64,000 nucleotides of DNA from an uncultured Chloroflexia bacterium (GCA_963763775.1 CAVXPZ010000002.1:1-64000); one strand, 5' to 3'. Positions 22,223 through 33,380 are shown, numbered from the stretch's first letter. The notes: generated from the sequence alone by a model not told the origin. Program-made: numbers and translations.

Positions 22223-23495
22223 CCGCGCCGAACGACGCCGATCGCCTCGTCCATGCCTTCCTCCAGGACGGCCCGGCCGAGCTGTCGCCGCCGCTTCACG
22301 AGCGGATCCGGGATGAGGTCCATGACACCCGACAACGGACGGCGCGCCGTCCGTGGAGGACCCCTTCCATGCCTCGAACCCTGTTGCTCGTCGCGTCGCT
22401 GGCCGCGGTCATCGTCGCGTTCGGCGCCATGCTTCTCGTCGGCTCCGGCGGGCGGACCTCCGTCCCCACGCCCGCGCCGACCGCCGCGGCCCTCGTCACG
22501 CCGAGCGTGGCGCCGACGCCATCGCCCTCACCGTCCATCTCGCCTGGGCCGTCGCCGTACCCGTTGGCCGACGGCGAGGCGTGGATCGTGCTCGAGGGTC
22601 CGGACTCGACGCGGCACGCTCATCCGGCCCGACGGCACCGGACCGCACGACATCCTGACGGGGCTCGGGGTGGCCGTGCACAACCCCGCATGGTCGCCGG
22701 ACGGCAAGCAGCTGGTCTTCGAAGGGAACGGCGACCTCGGTACGCAGCTCTGGGTCGCCGATGCCGACGGCACCGACGCGCACCAGCTGACGCCGACGCC
22801 CACGGGCTGTCCGAACGCCACGTGCATCGAGGCCGTGCACCCGGCGTGGTCGCCGGACGGCCGCACGATCGCCTACATCGCGCCAGCAGCACGACAACGG
22901 CGTCTTGACGCGCGACCACCTTGACGCTGATCGACGTGGCCACCGGCGACGACGACCGAGGTCTACGGGACACGACACGGTCGGTCTGGCCCGTCCGACG
23001 TGGTCGCCCGACTCGCAGTCGATCGCCCTCGAGATCGACCGATATGACGGGTCGGTCGAGGCATCCGCCATCAAGGACACGTTGGTCGGCGTCATCGATC
23101 TGCGGGCGACCGACAAGACCCCGAAGCAGATCACCGACCCGAAGCTCCTGGCCGGCTATCCGTCCTGGCATCCGACGCAGGACGTGCATCGTCTTCCGCA
23201 CGAATCGCCTCGACACCAACACGTCGACCCTCCTGGACAGTCAAGGCCGCCTCGAACGTGTACACGATCCAGCCCGACGGCAAAGGGCTGACCAAGGTGA
23301 CCCGCAACACCGTCGGCGGCGCCGTCGTCCGGGCGCCGTCGTGGACGCCGGACGGCGCGGATCCTGTTCTCGAAGCTGGCCGACCCGACGGCTCCCGAGG
23401 TCCTTCGCCTCGTCAACGCCGACGGCACGGGCGAGACGTCGGCGACCGGGACGACGATCACCATCGGCGAGGGTCGCTGGCGCCCGGGGACCTGA
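22219..23495 (+). CDS. Membrane-anchored putative anti-sigma with TolB/PD40-like beta-propeller (several frameshifts)
   Basis: Overlaps the ECF stop codon; one TM segment, P/T/S linker, repeated PAWSPDG / PTWSPDS / PSWTPDG. Confidence 0.7.
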
Positions 23496-23552
23496 TCTCA
23501 CGGCCCTTGCCATGTCACGCGGCGGGTGGTCTCGGATCGCCCGCCGCGATCC

Positions 23553-25118
23553 TCAGCTCCCCGTCTTCTCGATCTCGCGCTTGCGTCGGGCCACGAACGC
23601 GTCGAGCGCCTCGGCCACCGGCGGATCGAGCGCCGGCGTGACGTGCTCCGCGAGGAGCTGCTTCCAGATGGTGTTCGCCCGCTCCGTCGCGGTCTTCGCG
23701 CCGTCCGCCTGCCAGGTCTCGAAGTTGCGCCAGTCGGACAGCATCGGGCGGTAGAACGCGTGCTCGAAGCGCTCGAGCGTATGCGGCGTCGAGAAGAAGT
23801 GCCCGCCCGGTCCGACGTCGGCGATGGCGTCGAAACCGAGGCTGGCCTCGTCGACGACGATCGGCTGGAGCACCTCGGACATCATCTGGAGGATCTCCGC
23901 GTCCAGGATGAGCTTCTCGAACGACGCGGTCAGACCGCCCTCGAGCCAGCCGGCCCCCTGGTAGAGCAGGTTGACCCCGCCCATCACGGCCCCCCACACG
24001 GCCATCTCGGCTTCGTAGGCCGCCTGGGCGTCCACGACGTTGGAGGCGGTCGCGTTCGACGAGCGCCACGGCAGGCCGTAGCGGCGGGCCATCTGGCCGC
24101 TGGCGAACTGGCTCTTCACGGACTCGGGCGTGCCGAAGGCCGGTGATCCCGTGCGCATGTCGACGTTCGACGTGAACGCGCCGTACACCATGGGCGCGCC
24201 CGGCCGGACGATCTGCGAGAGCGCCACGAGGAACAGCACCTCGGCGTTCTGCTGCGCGATCGCGCCGGCGATCGAGACCGGGCTCATCGCCCCCGCCAGC
24301 GTGAACGGCGTCGCGACCACGGGCTGCCCGTGCTTGGCCATCTCGATGAGGCCGTCCCCCATCGGCCCGTCGAGTCGGAGCGGCGAGTTCGTGTTGATGA
24401 CCGTCATGCAGCTGGGCTCATCCTCGAGGGCGTCGTGGTCGACGCCGCGGACGAGGGCGGCGATGGCCATCGCGTCGTGGACCGGCGTCGCGCCGAACCC
24501 GAGGCACTGCCAGGTCTTGTCGAGCTCCTTGGCGAACGTGGCGTACATGTCGAGATGCCGGGTGGCGACCGGGAGGTCCGTGGGCTCGAGCGGGCCGCCG
24601 CCCTCCTGGTGCAGGACGTCGAGCGCGCCGACGAGCCGCACGTAGTCGACGAAGTCGGCGTAGTTGCCCGGGCGGCGGCCGCGGTCCAGGTCCGTGACGA
24701 AGGCCGGGCCGCCGACGGCGCTGATGACGAGATGGCCCTCCCCGAAGATCACGTCGCGCTCCGGGTTGCGGGCGTGGAGCCGGAACTCGCGGGGTGTCGT
24801 CGCGATCAGGGCCTCGGTGTGCGCGGGGTCGAGCCGCACGGTCCGCGCCGAGCGGTCGACGGTCGCGCCGGCACTCGCGAACGCGTCGAGCACCCGGTCG
24901 CCGAGGACTTCGAACCCGATCTCGGCGAGGATCCGGAGCGACGTCCGGTGGATCGCCTCCACGTGGTCGGCCGAGAGGAGCTCCACGGGTCGATACGGGT
25001 TGACGAGCCGACGCCACGGCAACTGCTCGATGCCGCCGCCGGCACGGCGCGGCCGGCGCCGGTGCGCCTCGGGAGGGGCGTCGGCCCTGGCGTCGCGAGC
25101 GGGGTCAGCCTGGTCCAC
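23553..25118 (-). CDS. Second MttB-family protein (glycine-betaine MtgB-like clade), no in-frame amber codon
   Basis: INTNSPLRLD, TPFTLAGAMSPVS, SNVDMRTGSPAFGTPE, AGWLEGGLTASFEK. Confidence 0.9.
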   Translation of the reverse strand: MDQADPARDARADAPPEAHRRRPRRAGGGIEQLPWRRLVNPYRPVELLSADHVEAIHRTSLRILAEIGFEVLGDRVLDAFASAGATVDRSARTVRLDPAHTEALIATTPREFRLHARNPERDVIFGEGHLVISAVGGPAFVTDLDRGRRPGNYADFVDYVRLVGALDVLHQEGGGPLEPTDLPVATRHLDMYATFAKELDKTWQCLGFGATPVHDAMAIAALVRGVDHDALEDEPSCMTVINTNSPLRLDGPMGDGLIEMAKHGQPVVATPFTLAGAMSPVSIAGAIAQQNAEVLFLVALSQIVRPGAPMVYGAFTSNVDMRTGSPAFGTPESVKSQFASGQMARRYGLPWRSSNATASNVVDAQAAYEAEMAVWGAVMGGVNLLYQGAGWLEGGLTASFEKLILDAEILQMMSEVLQPIVVDEASLGFDAIADVGPGGHFFSTPHTLERFEHAFYRPMLSDWRNFETWQADGAKTATERANTIWKQLLAEHVTPALDPPVAEALDAFVARRKREIEKTGS

Positions 25119-25194
25119 CAGCCGATGCTACCCGGCTCACGCCCGTCCGCCGCGGCGCGTCCCGGCGGCCGCCCCCACGCGACTCGATCGCAAA

Positions 25195-25222
25195 TCTTTG
25201 AGATCTCTCATGACCGTCTCAG
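25195..25222 (+). promoter_or_regulatory. OmpR/MprA-like direct-repeat box upstream of the efflux/TCS operon
   Basis: TCTTTG-N5-TCTCAT-N5-TCTCAG, 11-bp period. Confidence 0.6.
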
Positions 25223-25309
25223 ACGCCGGGCACGGAATGGGAGGGTGGCGGGCCGTCCGCGGCCGCCGCTCGCGAACGCGCAGACCGATCTGGATCGAAA
25301 GGGAATCCC

Positions 25310-26494
25310 ATGAAGTTGAAGGTCCTCGCCGTGGTGGCGCTCGGCGCCGTCGGCGTCGCAGCGGTCGTCTTTGCGCTCGGCGGCGTGCCGACCGGGTCGG
25401 CGAGCACGACCGCCTATCTCACGAGCGCGGCGACCACCGGCGATGTCACGAACGACGTCGCCGCGACCGGCACGCTCGAGCCGCAGGCCCAGTTCGGGCT
25501 GGTGTTCGGGGCCGACCCATACCTGCTCTCGAGCGGCGCCACGGCGCCGAGTTCGACGACGGCGTGGCCGGTCAAGGAGGTCAAGGCCACCGTCGGGGCG
25601 ACCGTCGCGAAGGGCGACGTCCTGGCCACCGCCGACACCGCCGACCTGCGGCGAGCGCTCGTCGCCGCCGAGAACGACCTGGGCTCGGCCCGCGTCAGCC
25701 TGTCCGCGGCGAAGACCTCGCTGTCCGACGCCAAGGACGCGAACGTGACCGCGCAGATCCAGCAGGCCCGGATCGGGCTCAACTCGGCCCAGAACGGGCT
25801 CGCGGACGCGGTGCAGAAGGTCAGCGACCTCAAGACCCAGATCAAGCAGGCGACGCTGGTCGCCCCCGTGGATGGCACCGTGACGGCCGTGAACCTCGTC
25901 CCGGGGTTCGATGCGCCGAGTGGCGACGGCATCGTCCTCGATGCGACCGGCTTCCAGGTCACCACGGACGTGGTCGAGAGCGACCTCGCCGACCTCAAGG
26001 TGGGCCAGCCGGCGTCGATCTCGGTCTCGGCCGTCGACGCCACGATCGATGGCACGGTCGCGGCGATCTCGCCGACCGCGTCCAGTGACAGCAGCGGCGG
26101 GACGAGCGTCGTGTCCTACCCCGTGACGATCACGCTGACCAAGCCGCCGGCCACGCTCCGTTCGGGCATGAGCGCCGACGTGACGATCACCATCGCGAGC
26201 GCGACGAACGTCCTGACCGTGCCGGCCGCGGCGCTGCGGGGGACCACCGGGGACTACACCGTCCTGGTGCTCGGTGCCGATGGCCAGCCAACACCCCAGG
26301 CGGTGCAGGTCGGTCTCGTCACCAACACGTCCGCCGAGATCACCAGCGGCCTCACTGAGGGCCAGGCCGTCGTCACGGGCACGAGCGCGGCTCGGACGGG
26401 CACCACCGTGACCGGTGGGTTCGGCGGCGGCGTCGCCATCCCTGGCGGCGGGGGCTTCGGCGGCAACTTCCGGCGCAACACGAACGGCAACTGA
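25310..26494 (+). CDS. MacA-like membrane-fusion (adaptor) protein
   Basis: Signal anchor, VGATVAKGDVLA, LVAPVDGTV, LRSGMSADV, EITSGLTEG. Confidence 0.88.
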   Translation: MKLKVLAVVALGAVGVAAVVFALGGVPTGSASTTAYLTSAATTGDVTNDVAATGTLEPQAQFGLVFGADPYLLSSGATAPSSTTAWPVKEVKATVGATVAKGDVLATADTADLRRALVAAENDLGSARVSLSAAKTSLSDAKDANVTAQIQQARIGLNSAQNGLADAVQKVSDLKTQIKQATLVAPVDGTVTAVNLVPGFDAPSGDGIVLDATGFQVTTDVVESDLADLKVGQPASISVSAVDATIDGTVAAISPTASSDSSGGTSVVSYPVTITLTKPPATLRSGMSADVTITIASATNVLTVPAAALRGTTGDYTVLVLGADGQPTPQAVQVGLVTNTSAEITSGLTEGQAVVTGTSAARTGTTVTGGFGGGVAIPGGGGFGGNFRRNTNGN

Positions 26495-26497
26495 CCG

Positions 26498-27172
26498 ATG
26501 AGCGAGCCGATCATCCACCTCGACCAGGTGTCGCGGGTGTACCAGATGGGGCACGTCGAGGTCCCGGCCCTCGCCGGGGTCAGCCTCGACGTCCACGAGG
26601 GCGAGTTCCTCGCGATCGTCGGACCCTCCGGGTCGGGCAAGAGCACGATGATGAACATCCTCGGCTGTCTCGACCGGCCGACCGGTGGGGCCTATCTCCT
26701 CGCCGGCACGCCTGTCGCCGACCTCGACGACGACGGCCTGGCGCATCTCCGCAGCCGGACCATCGGGTTCGTCTTCCAGTCGTACAACCTGCTGCCGCGG
26801 ACCAGCGCGCTCGACAACGTCGCCACCCCGCTGCTCTACCAGGGCGTGTCCCGGACCAAACGGGTCCAGCGGGCCACGGCCGCGCTCGAGCGGCTGGGCC
26901 TCGGCGATCGGATCCACCACGAGCCGACCGAGTTGTCCGGCGGACAGCAGCAGCGCGTCGCAGTCGCCCGGGCGATCGTGACCGAGCCCGCGCTCATCCT
27001 CGCCGACGAACCGACGGGCAATCTCGACAGCCACACCGGTGCCGAGGTGCTCGCGCTCTTCCGCGAGCTCAACGACGCCGGGCGCACGATCGTGCTCATC
27101 ACCCACGACGCCGAGGTCGCGAAGGCCGCCGGCCGACAGATCCACCTGCGTGACGGACGGATCGCCGCATGA
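26498..27172 (+). CDS. MacB/LolD-type ABC ATPase
   Basis: GPSGSGKST, LSGGQQQRVAVARA, ILADEPTGNLD. Confidence 0.95.
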   Translation: MSEPIIHLDQVSRVYQMGHVEVPALAGVSLDVHEGEFLAIVGPSGSGKSTMMNILGCLDRPTGGAYLLAGTPVADLDDDGLAHLRSRTIGFVFQSYNLLPRTSALDNVATPLLYQGVSRTKRVQRATAALERLGLGDRIHHEPTELSGGQQQRVAVARAIVTEPALILADEPTGNLDSHTGAEVLALFRELNDAGRTIVLITHDAEVAKAAGRQIHLRDGRIAA

Positions 27173-28347
27173 GCATCCTCGAGCTCCTGCGGCTGGCCTT
27201 CTCGCGGCTCCGGACGAGCCGGCTCCGCGCGGCCCTGACCATGTTGGGCGTGATCATCGGCGTGGCCTCGGTCGTCGCGCTCGTGGGCGTCGGTCAGGGC
27301 ACCACCTCGAACATCACCAACCGGCTCAACAGCCTCGGCACCAACCTGCTGACGGTCTCGCCGACCGGCCAGTCGTCCACGCTCACGCTCGAGGACAGCG
27401 CGGCCATCGCCAAGCTCGCGTCGGTCCAGGCCGTGGCGCCGGAGGTGTCCACGAGCCTGCTCGTCGAGAACGGCGTCAAGAACACGACGACGACGATCGT
27501 CGGCACCTCGTCGTCGTACCCGCTCGTCCGCGCCTACGAGGTCTGGCAGGGCTCGTTCCTGACCGACACCAGCGTGGCGCAGGACCTCCGTGTCGCCGTG
27601 CTCGGCGCGACCACCGCCGACGACCTCGGCATCGGCGAGGCGGACCTCGGCAAGGAGATCTCGATCGGCGGGATCCCGTTCACCGTGATCGGCATCCTCC
27701 AGCCCAAGGGCGGCTCGGGGTTCCAGGACCCCGACGACCAGATCATGGTGCCCGTCGGGACCGTGCAGAAGTACTTCGTCGGCGGCGACACGGTACGGAC
27801 CATCGGGGTCAGCGCCGCGGACCCGGCGTCGATGGACGCGACATCCGCCGAGCTCACCGCCCTGCTTCGCGAGCGCCACGACCTCGCCGCCGCCGACGAC
27901 GACGACTTCAACGTCTTCAACCAGACGCAGCTGCTCGCGGCGGCGTCGTCCATCACCGGGACCCTGACGCTGCTGCTGGCCGGGATCGCCTCGATCTCGC
28001 TGATCGTGGGCGGCATCGGGATCATGAACATCATGCTCGTCTCCGTTCGCGAGCGGACCCGCGAGATCGGGATCCGCAAGGCGATCGGCGCCCGTGGCCG
28101 CGACATCCTGGCGCAGTTCCTCGTCGAGGCCCTGACCCTCTCGCTCCTCGGCGGCCTGATCGGCATCGTCGTCGGGCTGTCCATCTCCGCCCTGATCGGC
28201 CAGCTGGCCGGCTGGGGCTTCACCTTCAATCCCGCGACCGTGGCGATCGCGGTCTTCTTCAGCCTTGCGGTCGGTGTGGTGTTCGGCGTCTGGCCGGCCC
28301 GCCAGGCCGCCCGTCTCGACCCCATCAGCGCGCTGCGCTACGAATAG
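27169..28347 (+). CDS. MacB/FtsX-type ABC permease
   Basis: LTMLGVIIGV; VGGIGIMNIMLVSVRERTREIGIRKAIGA. Confidence 0.93.
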   Translation: MSILELLRLAFSRLRTSRLRAALTMLGVIIGVASVVALVGVGQGTTSNITNRLNSLGTNLLTVSPTGQSSTLTLEDSAAIAKLASVQAVAPEVSTSLLVENGVKNTTTTIVGTSSSYPLVRAYEVWQGSFLTDTSVAQDLRVAVLGATTADDLGIGEADLGKEISIGGIPFTVIGILQPKGGSGFQDPDDQIMVPVGTVQKYFVGGDTVRTIGVSAADPASMDATSAELTALLRERHDLAAADDDDFNVFNQTQLLAAASSITGTLTLLLAGIASISLIVGGIGIMNIMLVSVRERTREIGIRKAIGARGRDILAQFLVEALTLSLLGGLIGIVVGLSISALIGQLAGWGFTFNPATVAIAVFFSLAVGVVFGVWPARQAARLDPISALRYE

Positions 28348-28359
28348 AGGAGACCTTCC

Positions 28360-29075
28360 GTGTCCGACGATCCCACCACCCAGCACATCACTCCGATCAC
28401 CCCGGCGTCGTCCCCGGCACCGGTCCCGCCGGCCCCCGGGATGTCGGCGTCCGTCGTCGAGCCCGCCCCGCCGAACCTCGAACCGGTCAGGCCGGTGACG
28501 ACCGCCGCGGCGCCGCGCAAGGGTTCGTCCGGGCGCTGGCTCAACGTCCTCCTTGGCGTCGCGGTCGTCGTCGCCATCGGCGGCGTGGCCTTCGCGGTCG
28601 GTCGCAGCACGGCTCCCGCCTCGGCAGCGGCCGCCGGCAACGGCACCTTCCGGGGCAACTTCGGCAACGGCACCGGCAACGGACCCAACGCCAGCGGCGC
28701 CCCGGGCTTCGCGAACGGCGGCGGTCGCTTCCTCGGCGGCCTCGGCGGTGGTGGCGTCACGATCAAGGGCACGGTCCAGTCCGTCAACGGCGACACGATG
28801 ACGATCACCACCGCCAGCGGGCAGACCGTCAACGTGACGACGAGCGGCGACACCGCGTACCACCAGCAGGCAGCCGCGACCGCCTCCGACGTGACCGTCG
28901 GCGCGGGCGTCTCGGTCCAGGTCGACGTGAGCGGCTTCGGGCGCGGCAACGGGAACGGGAACAACGGCAACGGGAATGGCAACGGCAACGGGCGACCGGC
29001 AATGGCGGAACGACCGGCAACGGCACCGTGCCCAGCCCGACCCTGACGGCCACCGACGTCACCGTCGTCCCGTGA
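28360..29075 (+). CDS. Membrane-anchored Gly/Asn-rich DUF5666-like protein (frameshift near 28990)
   Basis: One TM segment, GTVQSVNGDTMTITT, GN tract, ends LTATDVTVVP. Confidence 0.6.
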
Positions 29076-29096
29076 CGAAGGGGTAGGCTGACCGCC

Positions 29097-29771
29097 ATGC
29101 ATCTGCTCGTCATCGAGGACGACCCGCGGCTCAGCCGGCTGCTCCGGCGGCTCCTCGAGGAGGACCGCCACGTGGTCGAGCTGGCCACGGATGGCGAGAC
29201 CGGTGTGGACATCGCGACCGCCACCGACGGCATCGAGGCGATCGTGCTCGACATCGGGTTGCCGGACATGTCCGGCATCGAAGTGGCCCGCCGGGTCCGG
29301 GCGACCGGGTCCGACGTGGCCATCCTGATGCTCACCGCCCGCGACACCGTCGGAGACCGGGTCACCGGGCTCGACGCCGGCGCGGACGACTATCTCGTGA
29401 AGCCGTTCGCGTACGAGGAGCTCTCGGCACGCCTTCGGGCGCTGGGCCGGCGCGGGCACGGGTCGCGCAGGCCCGAGCCCAAGCTCGTCGTCGGCCCGAT
29501 CACCCTCGACGAGACGTCGCGCCGCGTGACCCTCGACGGCAAGCGCATCGACCTGTCGCCGCGCGAGTTCTCGCTCCTCGAGTGCTTCCTCCGGCATCCG
29601 GGCCAGACGCTCTCGCGCGACCAGCTCCTCGATCAGGCGTGGCCGTTCAGCGTCGCGGTCACGCCGAACGCGGTCGACGCGTACATCCACTACCTGCGCG
29701 AGAAGCTCGGCGGGTCCGGCGGCCTCATCGAGACGGTCCGCGGCGTCGGGTACCGGCTCGCCGATGCCTGA
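29097..29771 (+). CDS. OmpR-family response regulator
   Basis: VIEDD, VLDIGLPD, GADDYLVKPF, IETVRGVGY. Confidence 0.95.
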   Translation: MHLLVIEDDPRLSRLLRRLLEEDRHVVELATDGETGVDIATATDGIEAIVLDIGLPDMSGIEVARRVRATGSDVAILMLTARDTVGDRVTGLDAGADDYLVKPFAYEELSARLRALGRRGHGSRRPEPKLVVGPITLDETSRRVTLDGKRIDLSPREFSLLECFLRHPGQTLSRDQLLDQAWPFSVAVTPNAVDAYIHYLREKLGGSGGLIETVRGVGYRLADA

Positions 29772-31156
29772 CGGGACCCGCGGCGCCGACGAGCGGACCG
29801 AGGGTGAGCGAGCGGCCGACGAGGCCGATGCCGCCCTGGTCCGGCACGTCCGGCGCAACCTGGTCCTGTGGAGCGGGCTGACCACGCTCGTCATCCTCGT
29901 GGCCCTCGCGGGCGCCTTGTTCGTCGCCGCCTCGAGCTCGCTCGCCAGCTCCGGCACGGCCCAGCTCGAGGCCCGGATGACGATGATCAAGGGCCTCGCG
30001 AGCGGCCAGCGGCCGAGACCGGACGGCGACGACAACCCCTACGGGTTCATCTTCGGCCAGGGTTCCGGCACGTTCGCGATGATCCTCGACTCGACGGGAC
30101 AGCCGATCCAGCGTCCGAACTTCCGCGTCCCGCCCGGCCTGCCGGATACGACCGCGGCCGCGGCGGCGGCCGGCTCGGGCCGTGACCTGCGGACCGCCGA
30201 CATCGAGGGGACGCCGATCCGGATCCTGACCGAGCCCGATCCAGGACGCCTCGGGGACGACCTTCCTCATCCAGGTGGTCCAGGATCGCACCGCGGAGGC
30301 CCAGACGCTCACCATCATGCTGGCGGTCCTGCTCGTCGGCGGCCTGGTCGTGGTGGTCGTCGCGTTCGGGTTCGGGACCGTGTACGCGCGACGGGCCCTC
30401 GTGCCGATCCGGCAGTCGCTCGGGAACCAGCGGGCGGCTCTGCGACGACAGCGCGACTTCGCCGCGGACGCGAGCCACGAGCTCCGGACGCCGCTCACCG
30501 TCATCCGGAGCAGCGTCGAGTACCTCGGCCGGCATCGGGACGAGCCGGTGGCCGTGGTGGGGACCGCGCTCGAGGACATCGATGACGAGGTCCGCCACAT
30601 GACGGCGATCGTCGAGGACCTGCTGCTGCTCGCGCGATCCGACTCCGGCGCCATCGAGCTCGAGCGCGTCCCGGTCGACCTCGGCGACGTCGTCACCGAC
30701 GGTGCCTCCGCGCTCGCCAAGCCGGCGGCCGACCGAGGCGTGCGCGTCGAGGTGGACGCCGAGCCCGCCGTCGTCACGGGCGACCCGGCGCGTCTCCGCC
30801 AGCTCGTCATGATCCTGGTCGACAACGCGATCCGCCACAGCCCCTCGGGCGGTCGAGTCGGCGTGACCGTCCAGACGGACGCGACCGGTTCCACGCTCAC
30901 GGTGGACGACGAAGGACCGGGGATCCGGCCAGAGGACCTGCCGCACGTCTTCGAGCGCTTCTACCGTGCGCCCGGAGCCCCCGGCGGTGGCACGGGTCTC
31001 GGGCTCGCGATCGCCGCCTGGATCGTGGCGCGCCACGGCGGGCGGATCGCCGTCGGGAACCGGGCGAGCGGCGGCGCCAGCTTCAAGGTCCAGATCCCGA
31101 GCTCGAGCTCCGTGCGGCCGCTGCAGCCGGCAGCTCAGGCGGCGGACGCCAGATAG
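29764..31156 (+). CDS. Sensor histidine kinase (frameshift near 30240)
   Basis: Two TM segments, DASHELRTPL, LVDNAIRH, DEGPG, GTGLGLAIA. Confidence 0.92.
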
Positions 31157-31893
31157 GGGTCCATCCCGGGTGTCCAGACGAGACGCCCGTCGGTGGTGAT
31201 GGCCATCGCGGCGTGGTCGGGTCGGTCGGCCACCCAGGCCAGCCCGTCGAGACCCATCACGAAGGCCGCGGTCGCGTAGGCGTCCACGAAGGCGAGCCGC
31301 GGCCCGACCACGGTCAGGCTCCGCAGCGACGTGGCCGGGTCGCCCGTGCGCGGGTCCAGGATGTGGTCGCCCCGCTCGTACGTGCCGGATGTCGCCACGG
31401 CTCGGTCGGTCACCGAGACCATCGCGGCGATGCGGTCGACTCGGTCCGGGTGCCGGATCCCGATCCGCCAGGGTCGGCCGTCGTCGGCCAGGCCGCGGGC
31501 CAGGATGTCGCCGCCCGCGTTGATGAGGTAGTCGTCGACGCCCGCGTCATCGAGGATCCACGCAGCTTCCTCGACGGCCCAGCCCTTGACATAGGCCGAC
31601 GGGTCGAGCCCGCCCACGGCCGGCTGCCGACGCGCGTCGAACGCACCGCCGCTCGTCACCGCGAGGTGGTCACAGGCGGCGAGGACGTGCCGGACGTCGG
31701 GACTGCAGGTCTCCTCGGTCAGCTCGCCGCGGGCCAGACGGCTGATCTCGCTGTCGGCGCGGTACGTGCTGAACCGGGCGTCCACCTCGCGCAGATGGTC
31801 GACGACCCGGTCGAGGACGCCCGGCGGGACCGCCTCGCGACGGGTGTCGATGCTGACCGCCGTCCCCATGACGTGCTCGACGCGGGTCGCCAC
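31135..31893 (-). CDS. apbE: FAD:protein FMN transferase (ApbE family)
   Basis: VMGT, FSTYRADSEISRL, KGWAVE, NAGGDI, VATSGTYERG-HILDPRTG, DAYATA. Confidence 0.9.
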   Translation of the reverse strand: MATRVEHVMGTAVSIDTRREAVPPGVLDRVVDHLREVDARFSTYRADSEISRLARGELTEETCSPDVRHVLAACDHLAVTSGGAFDARRQPAVGGLDPSAYVKGWAVEEAAWILDDAGVDDYLINAGGDILARGLADDGRPWRIGIRHPDRVDRIAAMVSVTDRAVATSGTYERGDHILDPRTGDPATSLRSLTVVGPRLAFVDAYATAAFVMGLDGLAWVADRPDHAAMAITTDGRLVWTPGMDPYLASAA

Positions 31894-31894
31894 C

Positions 31895-32404
31895 CTAGAT
31901 CCCCGCCTGGTCCAGCGCGGCCTGGAGGCTCTGGGCGTAAGCCTCGCTCGTGTACGTCGCACCGGAGACCCCGTCGATATTGGCGCTCTGCGCCTGGAGT
32001 GCCTGCTCGCGCAGGAGCGGCTCGGCCGCCCGCGAGATCCGACCCGAGTGGCCACCGGACGGCAGCTGCATGGCCGTGATGTCGGTGACCTTGCCGCCGC
32101 TCACGGTGATCGAGACCTGCACGGGTCCGAACTGCGTGTCGACGACCGGGCCGCTGACCGTGGCGCCGGCCGGCGTGGCCGTCGCGCCAGATCCGGTCGT
32201 CGGGGCCGATGTCGCCGCCGGGGTCGTGGTCGTGCCGCCGGCGGTCGTGCCGCCGGCCGTCGTCGGCGCCGCTGTGGCCGTGTCGGCGAATGCGCTGCCG
32301 CTGATCGAGTTGCCGACCACCTGGTCGGGGGTCTTGAAACTGAGCAACAGGATCAGGGCGACCGTCGTGACGGCGATGGCGGCTGCGCCGCGTTTGGGAA
32401 ACAT
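31895..32404 (-). CDS. Membrane-anchored FMN-binding (flavinylated) protein
   Basis: FGPVQVSITV; flavinylation motif DGVSGATYTS. Confidence 0.9.
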   Translation of the reverse strand: MFPKRGAAAIAVTTVALILLLSFKTPDQVVGNSISGSAFADTATAAPTTAGGTTAGGTTTTPAATSAPTTGSGATATPAGATVSGPVVDTQFGPVQVSITVSGGKVTDITAMQLPSGGHSGRISRAAEPLLREQALQAQSANIDGVSGATYTSEAYAQSLQAALDQAGI

Positions 32405-32415
32405 CGATCCGGACC

Positions 32416-33276
32416 TCAGCTCTGGGTGGCGCCCACGGCCTGCTGGATCAGGCTCGACGCGGCGCTGATGGGGATCGCGAAGCCGAGTCCCTCGGCCTCG
32501 GAGGACACGGCGGTGTTGACGCCGACGACGGCCCCGCTGGCGTCCAGCAGCGGCCCGCCGCTGTTGCCGGGGTTGATCGCCGCGTCGGTCTGGATGAGGC
32601 CCGTGAGGGTCTCCGGCTGGCCCGTCTCCTCGTCGGACACCGTGATCGTGCGGTCGACCGCGGAGACGATGCCCTTGGTGACGGTTTCGGTGAACGTGCC
32701 GAGCGGGCTGCCGATCGCGATGGCTTCCTGCCCGACCTGGAGCGGGGTCGCGCCCGCGATCCGCGCCGCCGCGAGACCGGTGGCCTCGACCTTGATCAGG
32801 GCCAGGTCCTGATCGTCCGAGATCTTGACGACCTGCGCGTCGTACTGCGTGCCGTCCTCGAGTTCGACCGACAGGGACGAGCTCCCGGCCACGACGTGGC
32901 GGTTCGTCAGGATGTAGCCGTCGGCCGTCAGGATGATCCCGGAGCCCACGCCGGTCGTCGGGACCGCGAACGGCGACAAGCCACCGCCGGACTGGCTGTC
33001 CGCCGTGATCGTCACGACCGAGGCGGTCGCGGCGGCCACCACGTCCGTGATGTCCTTGGCCTTGGCGGCGGTCATCCCGACGGCCGTGCCCGAGCCGACC
33101 GAGGCCGGCGTCGCGGACGCGGCTGGCGCGCCACCGCCCACGATCAGCGCTGCGGTGGTGGTCGAGGCGAGGACCGCGGACAGCAGCGAGACCGCGAAGA
33201 CGGAGCGGCCGAGGCGGCGCGTCGGCGTTGCCGGGGAGCGCCCGGGCTCCGGGGCGGCGGCGCTCTGGCGTGTCAT
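32416..33276 (-). CDS. HtrA/trypsin-like serine protease without PDZ
   Basis: LTNRHVV, DLALIK, IQTDAAINPGNSGGPL. Confidence 0.92.
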   Translation of the reverse strand: MTRQSAAAPEPGRSPATPTRRLGRSVFAVSLLSAVLASTTTAALIVGGGAPAASATPASVGSGTAVGMTAAKAKDITDVVAAATASVVTITADSQSGGGLSPFAVPTTGVGSGIILTADGYILTNRHVVAGSSSLSVELEDGTQYDAQVVKISDDQDLALIKVEATGLAAARIAGATPLQVGQEAIAIGSPLGTFTETVTKGIVSAVDRTITVSDEETGQPETLTGLIQTDAAINPGNSGGPLLDASGAVVGVNTAVSSEAEGLGFAIPISAASSLIQQAVGATQS

Positions 33277-33380
33277 CGCGGGGCGCCGGGGTCAGGACGG
33301 TGGTGTCGTACATCGGGGGTTCTCCAGGTCGTCGCGTCGCGTCGGTCCCTCCCCGACGATCCCCATGTAAGCCGGTTCGC

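Noticed and set aside
17525-25118. Pyrrolysine recoding in MttB genes
   Set aside because: Both ORFs are full length without an in-frame TAG, and no pyl genes were seen.
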